Positions 1-11,902 of a DNA stretch of 64,000 nt are shown here, piece after piece. Each line of letters opens with the position of its first letter. Position 1 is the first letter of the stretch. Origin of the DNA: Octopus sinensis (taxonomy: Eukaryota); NCBI RefSeq assembly GCF_006345805.1, contig NC_043004.1:100378001-100442000 (forward strand). Direction: 5' to 3'. Both the position numbers and the translations under genes were made by a program. Below the pieces are notes generated by a model that did no database searches, was not told the origin of the DNA, and saw nothing but the letters and a program-made list of their open reading frames with translations.

Positions 1-436
1 TCAAATAGAAGACAAATATGTGTTTACTGGGTTAGGTAGAATAGCAAATTCCAAGGGAATGTATGGCTTGGTTATACGTGCACAGCAGGAAATATATATC
101 TATATCTATGTATGAATTCAGTTGTGTTTGTAGGTGTGTGGGTGTGAGAGTGTAAACAACAATATTTATAAAGGATTGGTGATTTACGTGTTAGTGAATG
201 TAGCCTTTTGATGCGATGTTAGCGGCTATTAAGTCTTGGCTTCTATTTTTAATACACACATTTTTTATTGCTCGTAATCTAGTGGGTTTTTTCATTACAT
301 TGAAAAACAAGACATATTGAAACCGGTAATGTGTATTTAAATAAATCATCTTAAATAATCCAGGTACATATTCAAATTCAATTTCTATAATTCTACTCCA
401 GCTACATACATCATACATACATTCATACATATATAT

Positions 437-496
<60 letters not shown>

Positions 497-655
497 TATA
501 TATATAATATATATATATAATATATATATATATATATTGCCTATCGATTTGTTAAACATAGGTTAAACACACGCTCATATAGATACACGCACGCAACGCA
601 TACAAAAGCCCTCGCACACACATAAACAGACACAGACACACACATCACATAAGTT

Positions 656-718
<63 letters not shown>

Positions 719-1665
719 ATGTGTGTATTTGTGTGTATGTACGTACGTATATGTATGTATGTATGTAAACACATTCGCACACACATGTACATACATATAT
801 ATATGTATGCATACACATAGTTTTAGATAACTGAGTACATTCATACATGCATACATGCATATCAACATAGATACGTACATACATAAATACATACATACAT
901 ACATACATGCATGCATGCATGCATACATACAAATAGTGGGATAAGTCGACAGATACATAGTTGTATAAATGAAAGGCTTTCGCTGCTTTTGGTTTCGATG
1001 GAAGCCTTGTTCCACCATCACAGAACAATATATAAATCCAAAAGAAAATTTTTGACCAAGCAAAATGACAACTATGACTATGATCTATATACATGTGTTT
1101 ATACGTATGAATATATATATATATATACATATATGGAGAGAGAGAGAGAGAGAGAAGAGAGTCATATATTTGAATATATATATGTACTCACATATATATA
1201 TATACACACACATATATATATGTTCATATACACTGTATACAGACACGTAACTATTCATATATATATATACATATATTCATGTGTGTATGACGTGTTTGTA
1301 TATAAAAACTGATGAACACCTGAGCAAAGAGAGAACGAGGTGACCTCCCTTTCAATCCAGTCATAAATCGTAACAATCATGACATTTATTGAAGTGTTTT
1401 AGGGGACATTCACAACTTCTTTCCCTTAGGGAATATAAAATGCTACATGGATGTGTGATCATAATGCATATATATACACACAGACACATATATGTATGCA
1501 TGTATGTATGTGCGTTTGTGCGTATGTGTGTGTGCATGCGCCTGTGTGAGAGATTTTCTAAACACGTCATTTGTAGAAATATATCATATATACGTACGTC
1601 TTAACTTATATACATAATCATATTACGTAGATATTCTTGCATATATATATACATACACCACCCCC

Positions 1666-1727
<62 letters not shown>

Positions 1728-1829
1728 ATAACGGGAAGCTTTATGAAAATAGACAAAAGACGAAGGCAGGTGGAAAACAAACAAACAATTGTATTAGTAT
1801 GGCGCTCAGGAAATATAAAATAAACAAGT

Positions 1830-1865
1830 CTTTAACGTTTCGAGCCTACGCTCTTCAACAGAAAG
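1830..1865 (-). ncRNA. Minimal type I hammerhead-like motif (A6U core variant)
   Basis: Minus strand reads CUUU-CUGUUGA-A-GAGC-GUAG-GCUC-GAAACGUU-AAAG. Helix I is CUUU/AAAG, helix II is GAGC/GCUC, helix III is palindromic ACGU. Confidence 0.6.
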
Positions 1866-2540
1866 ATACACGAGAGAAAAAAAACACAGAAGAAGGAGAG
1901 AAAAAATGCGTGCAGTAACTAACGAATCGACATGGCGATCTGATTTCGGCCAGAGGTCAAAGATCAAACATGAGACGCGAGAGCGAAATAAGGGGAGATA
2001 ATAGGGTTGATAATAGGGTTGAATGACCAGCTATTAGTGCGTAGGAGGGGTCTGGACGTGTGTATGTATAGGGTTGGTGTATGTATTAGTATGTATTAGT
2101 ATGTATAAGGGTGTGTGTGTGTGTGTGTGTGTGTATGAGAGAGTATTAGTGCGTAGGATAGGTCTGGACGTGCGTATGTATGGGGTTGGTGTATGTATTA
2201 GTATGGCACATCATATATGATGTGATGTGTAAAGTCGTGTGGTGTAGTGAGGAGAAGAGGGGAGGGGAAGAAGAGGGGAAGGAATGGAAGAGAGAGGAGA
2301 GGAGGGGGGGAGAGAGAGGAGGGGAGACGGAAGGGGAGGAGGAGGGGGGGGGAGGAGAGGAAAGAGGGAGAGGGGGAGGAGAGAGAAGGTGAGTGAGGGA
2401 GCAGAGGGAAGGGGAAGAGGGAAGGAGGGAGGGAGAGAAATAGGGAAGAAGGGAAGAAGGGAGGAGTAGGGGTGAAAGGATGAAGGACTGAAGAAGTAGG
2501 GGTCGGGGGGAAGGATATGTGAGGAGGGGGAGCGGGGGGT

Positions 2541-2795
2541 TTAGATGAGGAGGGGGGGAGAGTTGAGGCCAAATGGCGTATAAGAGCGAAGAGAGAAGAT
2601 TAATTCCTGTTCACGGCGCAAACGGGAATCCGGATGGCCTCTGTGTAAGGACAAACCGAACAGAGATTGGTGTTGCAAGGAGTGACCGGTGGAGCGGAAA
2701 TGGCGTGAGACCGGTGTGTCGTTCGCAAGGTGGATGTCACGAAGGTGTTCCGCGAACCGGTCAGCCAAGCAGCGTCCCGTTTGTCTGATGTACAA
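2541..2795 (-). pseudogene. GIY-YIG endonuclease domain of the Penelope-like element
   Basis: YIRQTGR..L..RF.EH, PV..HF, R..RE..LI..L.....GLN pattern. Confidence 0.85.
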
Positions 2796-3159
2796 GGAAT
2801 GGCAGAGAGAGCAAGAGACACAATAGATAATATTGCTGGAGGTGCAGGTGAAGGAGTGGATGATGGGATAGGGTCAATGGTGGGTGCTAGTGAGGCGGGT
2901 GGTGTTGGAGAGGTAAGGGCAAGTGCGGCAACGTGGGCGGGAGCAGGGGAACGAGCCGGGTTGGGAGGTAGGGTCAGGGAAGGAGCTATGGACCAAAAGG
3001 TCTCGAAGTTTGTGGGCTCGTTTGAAAGAGGGGAGGGGTCGGTTAGAGAAGAGGTGTGAAGTGGACGGGTCGGACTGGAGATGACGGAAAGCTCGAAGAA
3101 TGGTGCGTTGGAACGTAGGGTCGTGGGGTGGTAAGTGAGGGGAAAAGGGAGGCGGGAGA

Positions 3160-4800
3160 CTACAGGGCGGATCGGGGAGAGAGAGCAGATACACGGTCCA
3201 CGGACCGTGCTCTGGCAAGGGCGGTGTGGATAGTGGTGAGGGTATCCACGTAGGGTGAAGTGGTGAGCCATACGTTGAGACTGAGTCCAAAGTCATGGTC
3301 GTCACTACAGAGCCTACGTAGACGGAGGAATTGGGAATAGGGGATGGAAAGCTTGGTGTGTTCTGGGTGGGAGGAAGAGAAGTTGAGGTATGAGTGTGAG
3401 TCTGTGTGTTTGTAGTGAATGGAGGTGGTAAGAGTGGAGTGAAGAATGAGGCGGGTGGTGTTGGAGAGGTAAGGGCAAGTGCGGCAACGTGGGCGGGAGC
3501 AGGGGAACGAGCCGGGTTGGGAGGTAGGGTCAGGGAAGGAGCTATGGACCAAAAGGTCTCGAAGTTTGTGGGCTCGTTTGAAAGAGGGGAGGGGTCGGTT
3601 AGGGAAGAGGTGTGAAGTGGACGGGTCGGACTGGAGATGACGGAAAGCTCGAAGAATGGTGCGTTGGAGACGTAGGGTCGTGGAGGTGGTAAGAGTGGAG
3701 TGAAGAATGCTAACCGAAATGTCGAGGAAGGAGACAGAGGTGTTGGAGATAGTGGAAGTGAAGTGGAGGGCTGGATGGAAAGATTGGACGAAAGAGAGGA
3801 AGGAATCTAGATGTTCACGGGAGAGTGAGGTGGCACCGATAATGTCGTCAATGTAACGACCATATAGTTCAGGAGTGGGACCAGTGAAATTAGAGAATAT
3901 TTGGGCCTCAACATAGCCAACGAACATGTTCGCATAGTTGGGGCCCATTCGCGTTCCCATGGCCACTCCCGAGACCTGATGGTAGAACTCGCCCACGAAC
4001 GAGAAGCAGTTCAGAGTAAGGACAAGTTCGGCCAGACGAATGAGTGCGGAGGTGTCAGGTACAGGGTTAGAGCGGAGGTCAAGAAAGTGTCGAAGGGCCT
4101 GCAGTCCTTCGTGGTGATGAATAACAGTATAGAGGCTTTGGATGTCCCTAGTAAAAAGGATTTTGGAGGAGCCGGGAGGAAAGGAGAAAGAGTTGAAAAG
4201 CCGGAGAGCATGGTTGGTATCGTGGATGTGGGAGGGAAGAGATGCCACTAGGGGGGCAAGGACACGGTCGAGGTATTTAGAGATGAGCTCCGTGGGGCAG
4301 TTACAGGCGGAGACGATGGGGCGGCCAGGGTTGTTGGGTTTGTGGATTTTGGGAAGGAAGTAAATGGTGGGGGTACGTGGGGTTCGCACAATTATGTTGG
4401 ATGCGGTGCGGGGGAGACGGGAGAACGAGATGAGGACGCGGACAGTAGAGGATACCGTCTGTTGGTAGCTACGTGTGGGGTTAGAGGGCAGAGGGGAATA
4501 GAAGGAGGTGTCATTGAGTTGGCGGAAAGCCTCGGCCCTATAGAGGTCCGCGCGCCACACCACTACAGCTCCACCCTTGTCAGCCGGTTTGATGATAAAG
4601 TCAGCGCGCCGTTGGAGGGAACGAAGAGCCAAGAGCTCAGCCGGGGAGATGTTGAGGCGGCGTTGGCGCCTGGAGAAGTTGAACCGCTCCAATGCACGCT
4701 GACAAATGGATAATGAAGCGTAGCGTGTTTGGAGCATAGAGAGGCGGCAGAGAGGAGAAGAAGGTGGAGAAAGCAGGAGGAAGAAGGCGGTTGATGGCAT
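3160..4800 (-). pseudogene. Penelope-type reverse transcriptase ORF segment with an in-frame internal insertion
   Basis: 546-aa open frame with RT motifs. Residues LQRTILRAF...NTTRL are a copy of sequence normally further downstream, flanked by ILHSTLTTS twice. Confidence 0.9.
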
Positions 4801-5721
4801 GTAGTTTAGAGAGATTGGAGCGAATGGTGGCCCGCAAAGCGTAAGATGGAAGAAGAATCCGAGTGGAGAGCAGGGTGGAAGTGGAGACGGAAACTTTAGG
4901 GATGAGTCGGTGATGTAGGCAGCGGCTTAGGAAAGAGACATGGCTAGAGAAGCGGGTTTTTTTTAAAAAGAAGTAGAGAGAGTTAACGGACGGCTGAAGG
5001 CAATATACAGGAAGCGAACGGAGATGATCCTTCAAACGGGTGATGGAGGGTGAGGAGGTAGGACCTAGGATCCGGCATGATGGGATAGCGGAAAAAAAAA
5101 ACAAACGTTCGAAAAAACACAAAAAAACAAAAAAAAAAACAAAAAATTATCGTATGAAAAATAGAAAGAAAGGAGAAAAAACAATCGTTCAAAAAAACAA
5201 AAAAATAATAATCGTATGAAAAAACTAGATAAGTAAGCGATAGGGGCAGAAAAGACGGGGCAAACGGAAAAGGGAAAGAAAGAAGGGAGCAGAGAGAGGG
5301 GGGAGCAAAAAAGAAGGGGGGGTGCAGCCGAGGAAACAGAGTATGGACATCCAGAGAGGGAAGAAAGACGGAAAGGAGAACAAAAAATGCAGGAAAATGT
5401 GGAAAGCATGAAATGAATGTAAAAAAAGTGGTAATATATGAGAAAATAAAAAAATAAACAACAAAGGGACAGTTTATGCGAACAAGTTCAAGGTTGAAAG
5501 TTCAAGGTGAGAAATGTGTAGACGTCGTGGTATATTTTTTAAGGATTTCACATCAATGCAAAGTCACTTTGATCCACGAAAGAGAGGTGCAGCCAATGGT
5601 AAGTATCCAAGAGGTAAAGAAAATCCAAGGTAGAGGTAAGTGTTGATAGTGGTATTGGTAGAATATAGGATATATATACATACATATATATTATTACATA
5701 CAACTATATACATACATATAT

Positions 5722-5777
<56 letters not shown>

Positions 5778-5781
<4 letters not shown>

Positions 5782-5960
5782 ATCCAATCAAGAAAACACA
5801 AAAAGAGAAACACACGCGAGGATGTGGAACAAATATAGTATTATTGGACGCTCAGGAAAGAAGGGAAGAAGGAGGGTTTAACGTTTCGAGCGCAGCTCTT
5901 CGTCGGAAGCATAGGAGTGGGAAAGATCCCGAGAAGGGAAGACAGAGGAAAAGAATCAAA
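5778..5960 (-). repeat. ~190-bp PLE-pLTR-like repeat containing a minimal hammerhead motif (5876-5910)
   Basis: Near-identical to 10575-10752 and 49838-50017. Core is CCGACGA-A-GAGC-UGC-GCUC-GAAACGUU-AAAC. It lies upstream of, and on the same strand as, the Penelope ORF. Confidence 0.75.
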
Positions 5961-6135
5961 TAGATAAATAGATAGATAGATTAGATAGATAGATAGATAG
6001 ATAGATAGATACATTCATAAAGATATACCTATATATTCGTACATAGGTATGTTTGCATGTAGGTATATATAAATCTATGTATATACATATGAATGTATGT
6101 ATATAGATATATATATATGTATATATATATATATA

Positions 6136-7056
6136 TGTCCTGTACTCCTGTATAATTATTTATATATTCATGTATATATACATGTAGATGTAGGTACGTA
6201 CATATGTGTTTGTATGTATGCATATATTTTTATTTATCACCTTATTGTCTGACAGCGCCCCGCATCAGGTTCGTTCCGATTCGTCGTTTCGGTCCACTTC
6301 TTGGTTCCTTTTTTTATATTATTATATTTAAGATGCGGAACTCTCTCCCCTTGCTTTAACCTCTTCAATCTCTCTCCCTCCCACTCCTCCTCTCTCTTCG
6401 CCGCGTGACCCCCTCATCCTTCCTTCTTCTTTGCCTATAAAACAAAATTCCTTTACACGTGGTTCTTACTATTGAAAAGACTGCCTCCACGCGCTGATAC
6501 AATACTTTTCGTCTTCGCCAGCAAAAGGCTCTTTCGTTCGTCTCCCTGTGTGGTTGATTTCTTGTATCGTATTCTTTTTATTTTCTCGTTTTTTAACTAA
6601 TTGTATTTTTTAACTGTATTTTTATTTTTGCAGTTTTATTGTTTGTCTCTGCCAGAAGAAAAGGCTTTTTCGTTCGTCGTATTTTAATTTTGCAGTTTTA
6701 TTGTTTGTGTTCATACTCATTTTGCCCCGCTGCTTGGAATTTTATTTTAATTCTCTCGCAGGAAGGCCTATTGGATTAGTGTTCTGTCTATGCCTTCGAA
6801 ACATGCCTGACTCCACTGGCGACAGCTGATGACGGGGGTTTTGTCCTTGTGTAGCTCGTCCTGTAATTGTTTTTCGTTTTCTTGTTTTTCGTTTTTCGTT
6901 TTCTTGTTTTTTGTTTTTTGTTTTTTTCCGTTTCTACGTCTTATTGTGATGTCCTGTACTCCCGTATAATTATTTATATATGCATGTATATATACATGTA
7001 GATGTAGGTACGTACATATATGTTTGTATGTATGCATATATTTTTATTTATCACCT
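6136..7056 (+). mobile_element. ~814-bp repeat unit with 107-bp terminal direct repeats carrying a permuted hammerhead motif
   Basis: 6136-6242 is repeated at 6950-7056. Homologous, differently permuted copy at ~20275-20860 (minus). Confidence 0.7.
6779..6838 (+). ncRNA. Non-circularly permuted hammerhead ribozyme candidate, family 1 copy A
   Basis: GUGU-U|CUGUC-uaug-CCUUC-GAAACAU-16nt-GACAG-CUGAUGA-C-GGGGG. All core nucleotides are present and three helices can form. Confidence 0.65.
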
Positions 7057-7134
7057 ATATATATATATATATATGCGTGCATATGTGTACGAATGTTTAT
7101 ATAAACATTTCTGTGTATGTGTGTGTGTATGTGT

Positions 7135-7176
<42 letters not shown>

Positions 7177-7984
7177 GTGTGTATGCGGTTATGTTATGTT
7201 GCAAGAAATTTCCAAAATGTAATCTGTATATTTTATTATATAGGGAAGCCAACACCTGAACACAGTCAGCAGTGAAACAATACTTAACAAAGCCAACGAC
7301 ACGATATTCACTAAGAAAACTTGTGCTTCTTATGTCAGGAATGTTAGTAACCCAAAGAGGAATCACCTACGCCGCAGCTGTAGTTGCTAGAAATAGATGT
7401 TAAATGATGTTGATTAAGAATCATAAAAGTAAAGAATCATAACGTAAATTCAAATGTAAACGTGTGTGTCACATTTGGATGATTTCTCATCATAGGTTTT
7501 TTTTTAGTTTAAATTGGGTCTGCACATCGAGAATGTTTTGATACTAAACAGCTGCGAGCCATTGTTAAAGTGTTGATGGTGAAAAGAAAATCCTTTATGA
7601 ATTGAATCAATCCAATAAGACAAATTGTTGGTAAAATATATAGAAATCTTGGCAAACAGCCGAGATATTTTGACCAATCGCATATCATGGAAATTAAGTG
7701 ATCTCTTGTTGTTGTTGTTGCTGTAGTTGTTGTTGTGGTGGTGGTGGTGGTGTTGTTGTCACTGCTTGTCCCCTTGCCGTCGTCTTCGTTGTTGTTCTTG
7801 CTTTGTTACTGTTGCTGTTGTTGTTGTTAGTATTGTTGTTTTTGTTTCTGTTTTTGCCATTGTTGTTGTTGTTGTGGCTGTAATTTACAACCATAACAAG
7901 AACAACCATATCCGTTCTGCTCGAACGGAGTTTAAAATGTCTAGCAAATTACAATGTAAACTAGGCAAAAAAAAAAGAAAACAT

Positions 7985-8383
7985 AGGCGCAGGAGTGGCT
8001 GTGTGGTAAGTAGCTTGCTTACCAACCACATGGTTCCAGGTTCATTCCCACTGCGTAGCACCTTGGGCAAGTGTCTTCTGCTATAGCCTCGGGCCGAACA
8101 AAGCCTTGTGAGTGGATTTGGTAGACGGAAACTGAAAGAAGCCCGTTGTATATATGTATATATATGCGTGTGTGTGTTTGTGCTTGTGTGTCTGTGTTTG
8201 TCCCCCAGCATCGCTTGACAACCGATGCTGGCGTGTTTACGTCCCCGTAACTTAGCGGTTCGGCAAAAGAGACCGATAGAATAAGTACTAGGCTTCCAAA
8301 AAATAAGTCCCGGGGTCGATTTGCTCGACTAAAAGGCGTTCCTCCAGCATAGCCGCAGTCGAATAACTGAAACAAGTAAAGAT
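7985..8383 (+). mobile_element. tRNA-derived SINE family A (head + internal microsatellite + 3' body)
   Basis: GGCGCAGGAGTGGCTGTGTGGTAAG...GGTTCA.TCCC head, GGCACCTTGGGCAAGTGTC-like core and an AAGTAAA-type tail. Many copies in the window. Confidence 0.85.
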
Positions 8384-8845
8384 TAAGACGGAATAATATA
8401 CTTATAGATACTATTAGAAATCCATCTTGTCTTTTTTAACCGGTTCCTGGAAATATCTTACAAAATACGTCCTTTCCCAAAACAGTGTGGTGCGATTTGC
8501 GTAATAGTTTGCTGACATTTTAAAAACTTTAGTGAATCACATTTCCGTGTATCTCAAAGACAATTGATACACGCTCACTTGGATTGTTCATTATAGTTTC
8601 TCTTCGGTAAATTAGTTAAATTGTCACGGGTATTTCTGATTACTGTCGCTGTTTTGGGGTTGCTTAGTTTGTTAGTTTTCTGGTCATTTTTGCTTCATGA
8701 TTAGACTAACTTATGGAGACATTCGTTTGTAATGAAATTACATCAAATACTCGCATACTAGCATTTGATTCTATATTCTTATATAACACAATTGTTTACC
8801 TGCACACGCACATGAAAACCTGCTTCAAAACCACACACACGTATA

Positions 8846-8925
<80 letters not shown>

Positions 8926-9045
8926 ATCATCCATCTCTATCTCAAGCACACGCACACACTTATTATTATTCATGCCAAGCTATAAAGCCATTTATTTGCA
9001 AAATGTTACTCTATTTTCATTTTGACATATACATATACACACATA

Positions 9046-9083
<38 letters not shown>

Positions 9084-9375
9084 AACACATATATAACACA
9101 TATATAACACATATATATACAGATATGTACGTATGTATGCATGTATCTTTGTATGTAAATATTCATAATAATCTTCCTACTTCACTCTTTCTCTCACACA
9201 TACACTGTATATATTGTCTCCAACCATGGTTAAGTTCAACAAATGACAGCTGTTTCCAGCTGTCCAATGTATTTAATTCTATTTAATTTACGCAGTGTTA
9301 GTCGTAATCTAAGATTCCTTCTGTAGTAGATTATAGTGCTAGAAGAAAATATTCATTAATGCATTCGCAACACAT

Positions 9376-9547
9376 AGGCGCAGGAGTGGCTGTGTGGTAA
9401 GTAGCTTGCTAACCAACCACATGGTTCCGGGTTCAGTCCCACTGCGTGGCATCTTGGGCAAGTGTCTTCTTCAATAGCCCCGGGCCGACCAATGCCTTGT
9501 GAGTGGATTTGGCAGACGGAAACTGAAAGAAGCCTGTCGTATATATG

Positions 9548-9580
<33 letters not shown>

Positions 9581-9798
9581 TTCTGTGTGTGTTTGTGTGT
9601 CTGTGTTTGTCCCCCTAGCATTGCTTGACAACCGATGCTGGTGTGTTTACGCCCCCGTCACTTAGCGGTTCGGCAAAGTGACCGATAGAATAAGTACTGG
9701 GCTTACAAAGAATAAGTCCTGGGGTCGATTTGCTCGACTAAAGGCGGTGCTCCAGCATGGCCGCAGTCAACTGACTGAAACAAGTAAAAGAGTAAAGA
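9376..9798 (+). mobile_element. SINE family A copy
   Basis: Aligns along its length with 7985-8383 and has a GTAAAAGA tail. Confidence 0.85.
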
Positions 9799-9879
9799 GT
9801 ACGTACGCACAAAACACACGCATATGCACACGCACATACATATATACATAAATACAAACACATATTTGTATATACATAG

Positions 9880-9922
<43 letters not shown>

Positions 9923-10100
9923 CATACATGTGTTTGTGCGTGTGTGTGTGTATACACAGTCAACAGGTAAGAGTTAGGTATACTCAGTATAGAAAAAAAT
10001 TACTTGTGCTCAAATGAAGTTGAATCTTTATCCGAATTCTTCATCCAAGACAAGTTCACGCCGTGATGAGTGGCTATCTATGTTTTGTATATATATGTGA

Positions 10101-10202
<102 letters not shown>

Positions 10203-10493
10203 TATATATAAATATATATATATATATTATATATAAATGCATACATGTATATATAAATATATATACATTTATATATATGAATATCCCTACATATCTTGCA
10301 TCTATTTTCTTTCCTCCACCTCACTCTCTATTTTGTATCACATCTAAACTAACTATGACTTAACCATCCTCTCACACCGTCTCCGATGAAGGGATATAAT
10401 TAATGAACATCCTGGAAACAGCTGTAAGACCTTCTATCTATTAATGTTCTAATATCTACACAGACTTGGTTTTTTATCTCATTACCCAAAAAA

Positions 10494-10527
<34 letters not shown>

Positions 10528-10574
10528 ACCTCTTAAGCATGTGACCTCTTAAGCACCACCAGCTCAAATATTGT

Positions 10575-10752
10575 CTCCTCTGTCTTCCCTCCTTGGGATC
10601 TTTCCTTCTCCTTGTTTCCGACGAAGAGCTCCGCTCGAAACGTTAAACCCTCCTTCCCTTCTTTCCTGAGCGTCAATAATACTTTAATTTTTCCACGTCC
10701 TGCGTTGCTGTTTTTTTCTCTTTTTTTCTGTGTTTTCTTTTTTGGATTAACT
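10575..10752 (+). repeat. ~190-bp PLE-pLTR-like repeat with minimal hammerhead motif (10614-10648)
   Basis: GUUU-CCGACGA-A-GAGC-UCC-GCUC-GAAACGUU-AAAC. Near-identical to 49838-50017. Confidence 0.75.
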
Positions 10753-10763
10753 TTATATATATA

Positions 10764-10828
<65 letters not shown>

Positions 10829-10829
10829 A

Positions 10830-11010
10830 TAGGGACAGTTTACAGAAAAAAACAAAAGACGGAGACGGGTGGTGTACAAAACAAACAGATGTATTAATAT
10901 AACGCTCAGGAATAGAAAAAGTCGTTTGCGTTTCGAGCCGACGCTCTTCTATAGAAAGGGACACAGAAAAAACAAGGAATTAAAAAAAGGAGGGAACAAA
11001 AAGGAAAAAC
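10830..11010 (-). repeat. Related pLTR-like repeat with a degenerate hammerhead motif (10924-10958)
   Basis: Resembles 1740-1920 (GCTCAGGAA...TTTCGAGCC.ACGCTCTTC..AGAAAG). The core is decayed (CUAUAGA). Confidence 0.55.
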
Positions 11011-11020
11011 AAAAAAAGGG

Positions 11021-11095
<75 letters not shown>

Positions 11096-11454
11096 AATAT
11101 ATGTGTATACTTTTATTCGTTCTAACCAGACGTTTATACACATGTATCTGTGTATATCTATGTTTGTGTCCCTTCACGATGTACGAATATGTATTTTAAC
11201 TCACACACTCATATATGCTCATACATTTGTATGTATATATGCTTGTATATATGGGTAGTGAAATAATGATATACTGTTCATACTTGCATCTGTTTACATT
11301 TATGTAATTGTAAACAGTCACGCAACAAACATGTCAGTATATTCTATGAAATATTTTATTGGAGCACAAACTTTCGAATCAAAATCTATTGAATAATCTA
11401 TTGAATAATATGAAGCAAAATCATAATAACCGAAATACGGACTTTGTTTTTTAT

Positions 11455-11515
11455 CTGACCTCTCCCGGAACCTTGTGGTTGGCAAGGAAACTACTTACCA
11501 CACAGCCACTCCTAT
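11455..11515 (-). mobile_element. SINE family A head fragment
   Basis: Reverse complement of GGAGTGGCTGTGTGGTAAGTAG...CCACAAGGTTCCGGG. Confidence 0.7.
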
Positions 11516-11584
11516 ATATGGATATATAAATGAGCATATATGTGTATGCATTTGTATTTACACACATACACACACAAACATGTA

Positions 11585-11644
<60 letters not shown>

Positions 11645-11795
11645 AATATCTATACATATGCATTTGTAAATATATCTATATATAAACTTCTACGATAATT
11701 TTTTTTAAATAGTCACATATATATATGCACACACACAAACACACGCACACATGCGTACACGCACAACTGTATTGACGGACAGACAGACATACAGC

Positions 11796-11902
<107 letters not shown>

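Larger units (their letters stand above)
2500..5640 (-). mobile_element. Penelope-like retroelement (RT + GIY-YIG endonuclease), degenerate
   Basis: Minus-strand ORF fragments contain PLE RT motifs (PGRPIVS, GVAMGTRMGPNYAN, RYIDD), a CSRPRCRTC linker and a C-terminal GIY-YIG-like segment (YIRQTGRCLADRFAEH...RREQELIF..L..YTPFGLN). The N-terminus (4637-5192) is frameshifted. Boundaries are approximate. Confidence 0.93.

Noticed and set aside
1309-1345. Hammerhead at CTGATGA (1309)
   Set aside because: No GAAA partner, and the core is not conserved in the 24.5-kb copy.
2230-2540. G-quadruplex or Glu/Gly-rich protein
   Set aside because: Low-complexity purine tract at the Penelope 3' flank; nothing beyond composition supports a function.
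6136-6242. 107-bp target-site duplication
   Set aside because: The same segment occurs inside the homologous copy at 20.35-20.45 kb, so it belongs to the element.
7694-7909. PolyQ/polyN protein
   Set aside because: Compound (CAA)/(CAC) microsatellite with no coding context.
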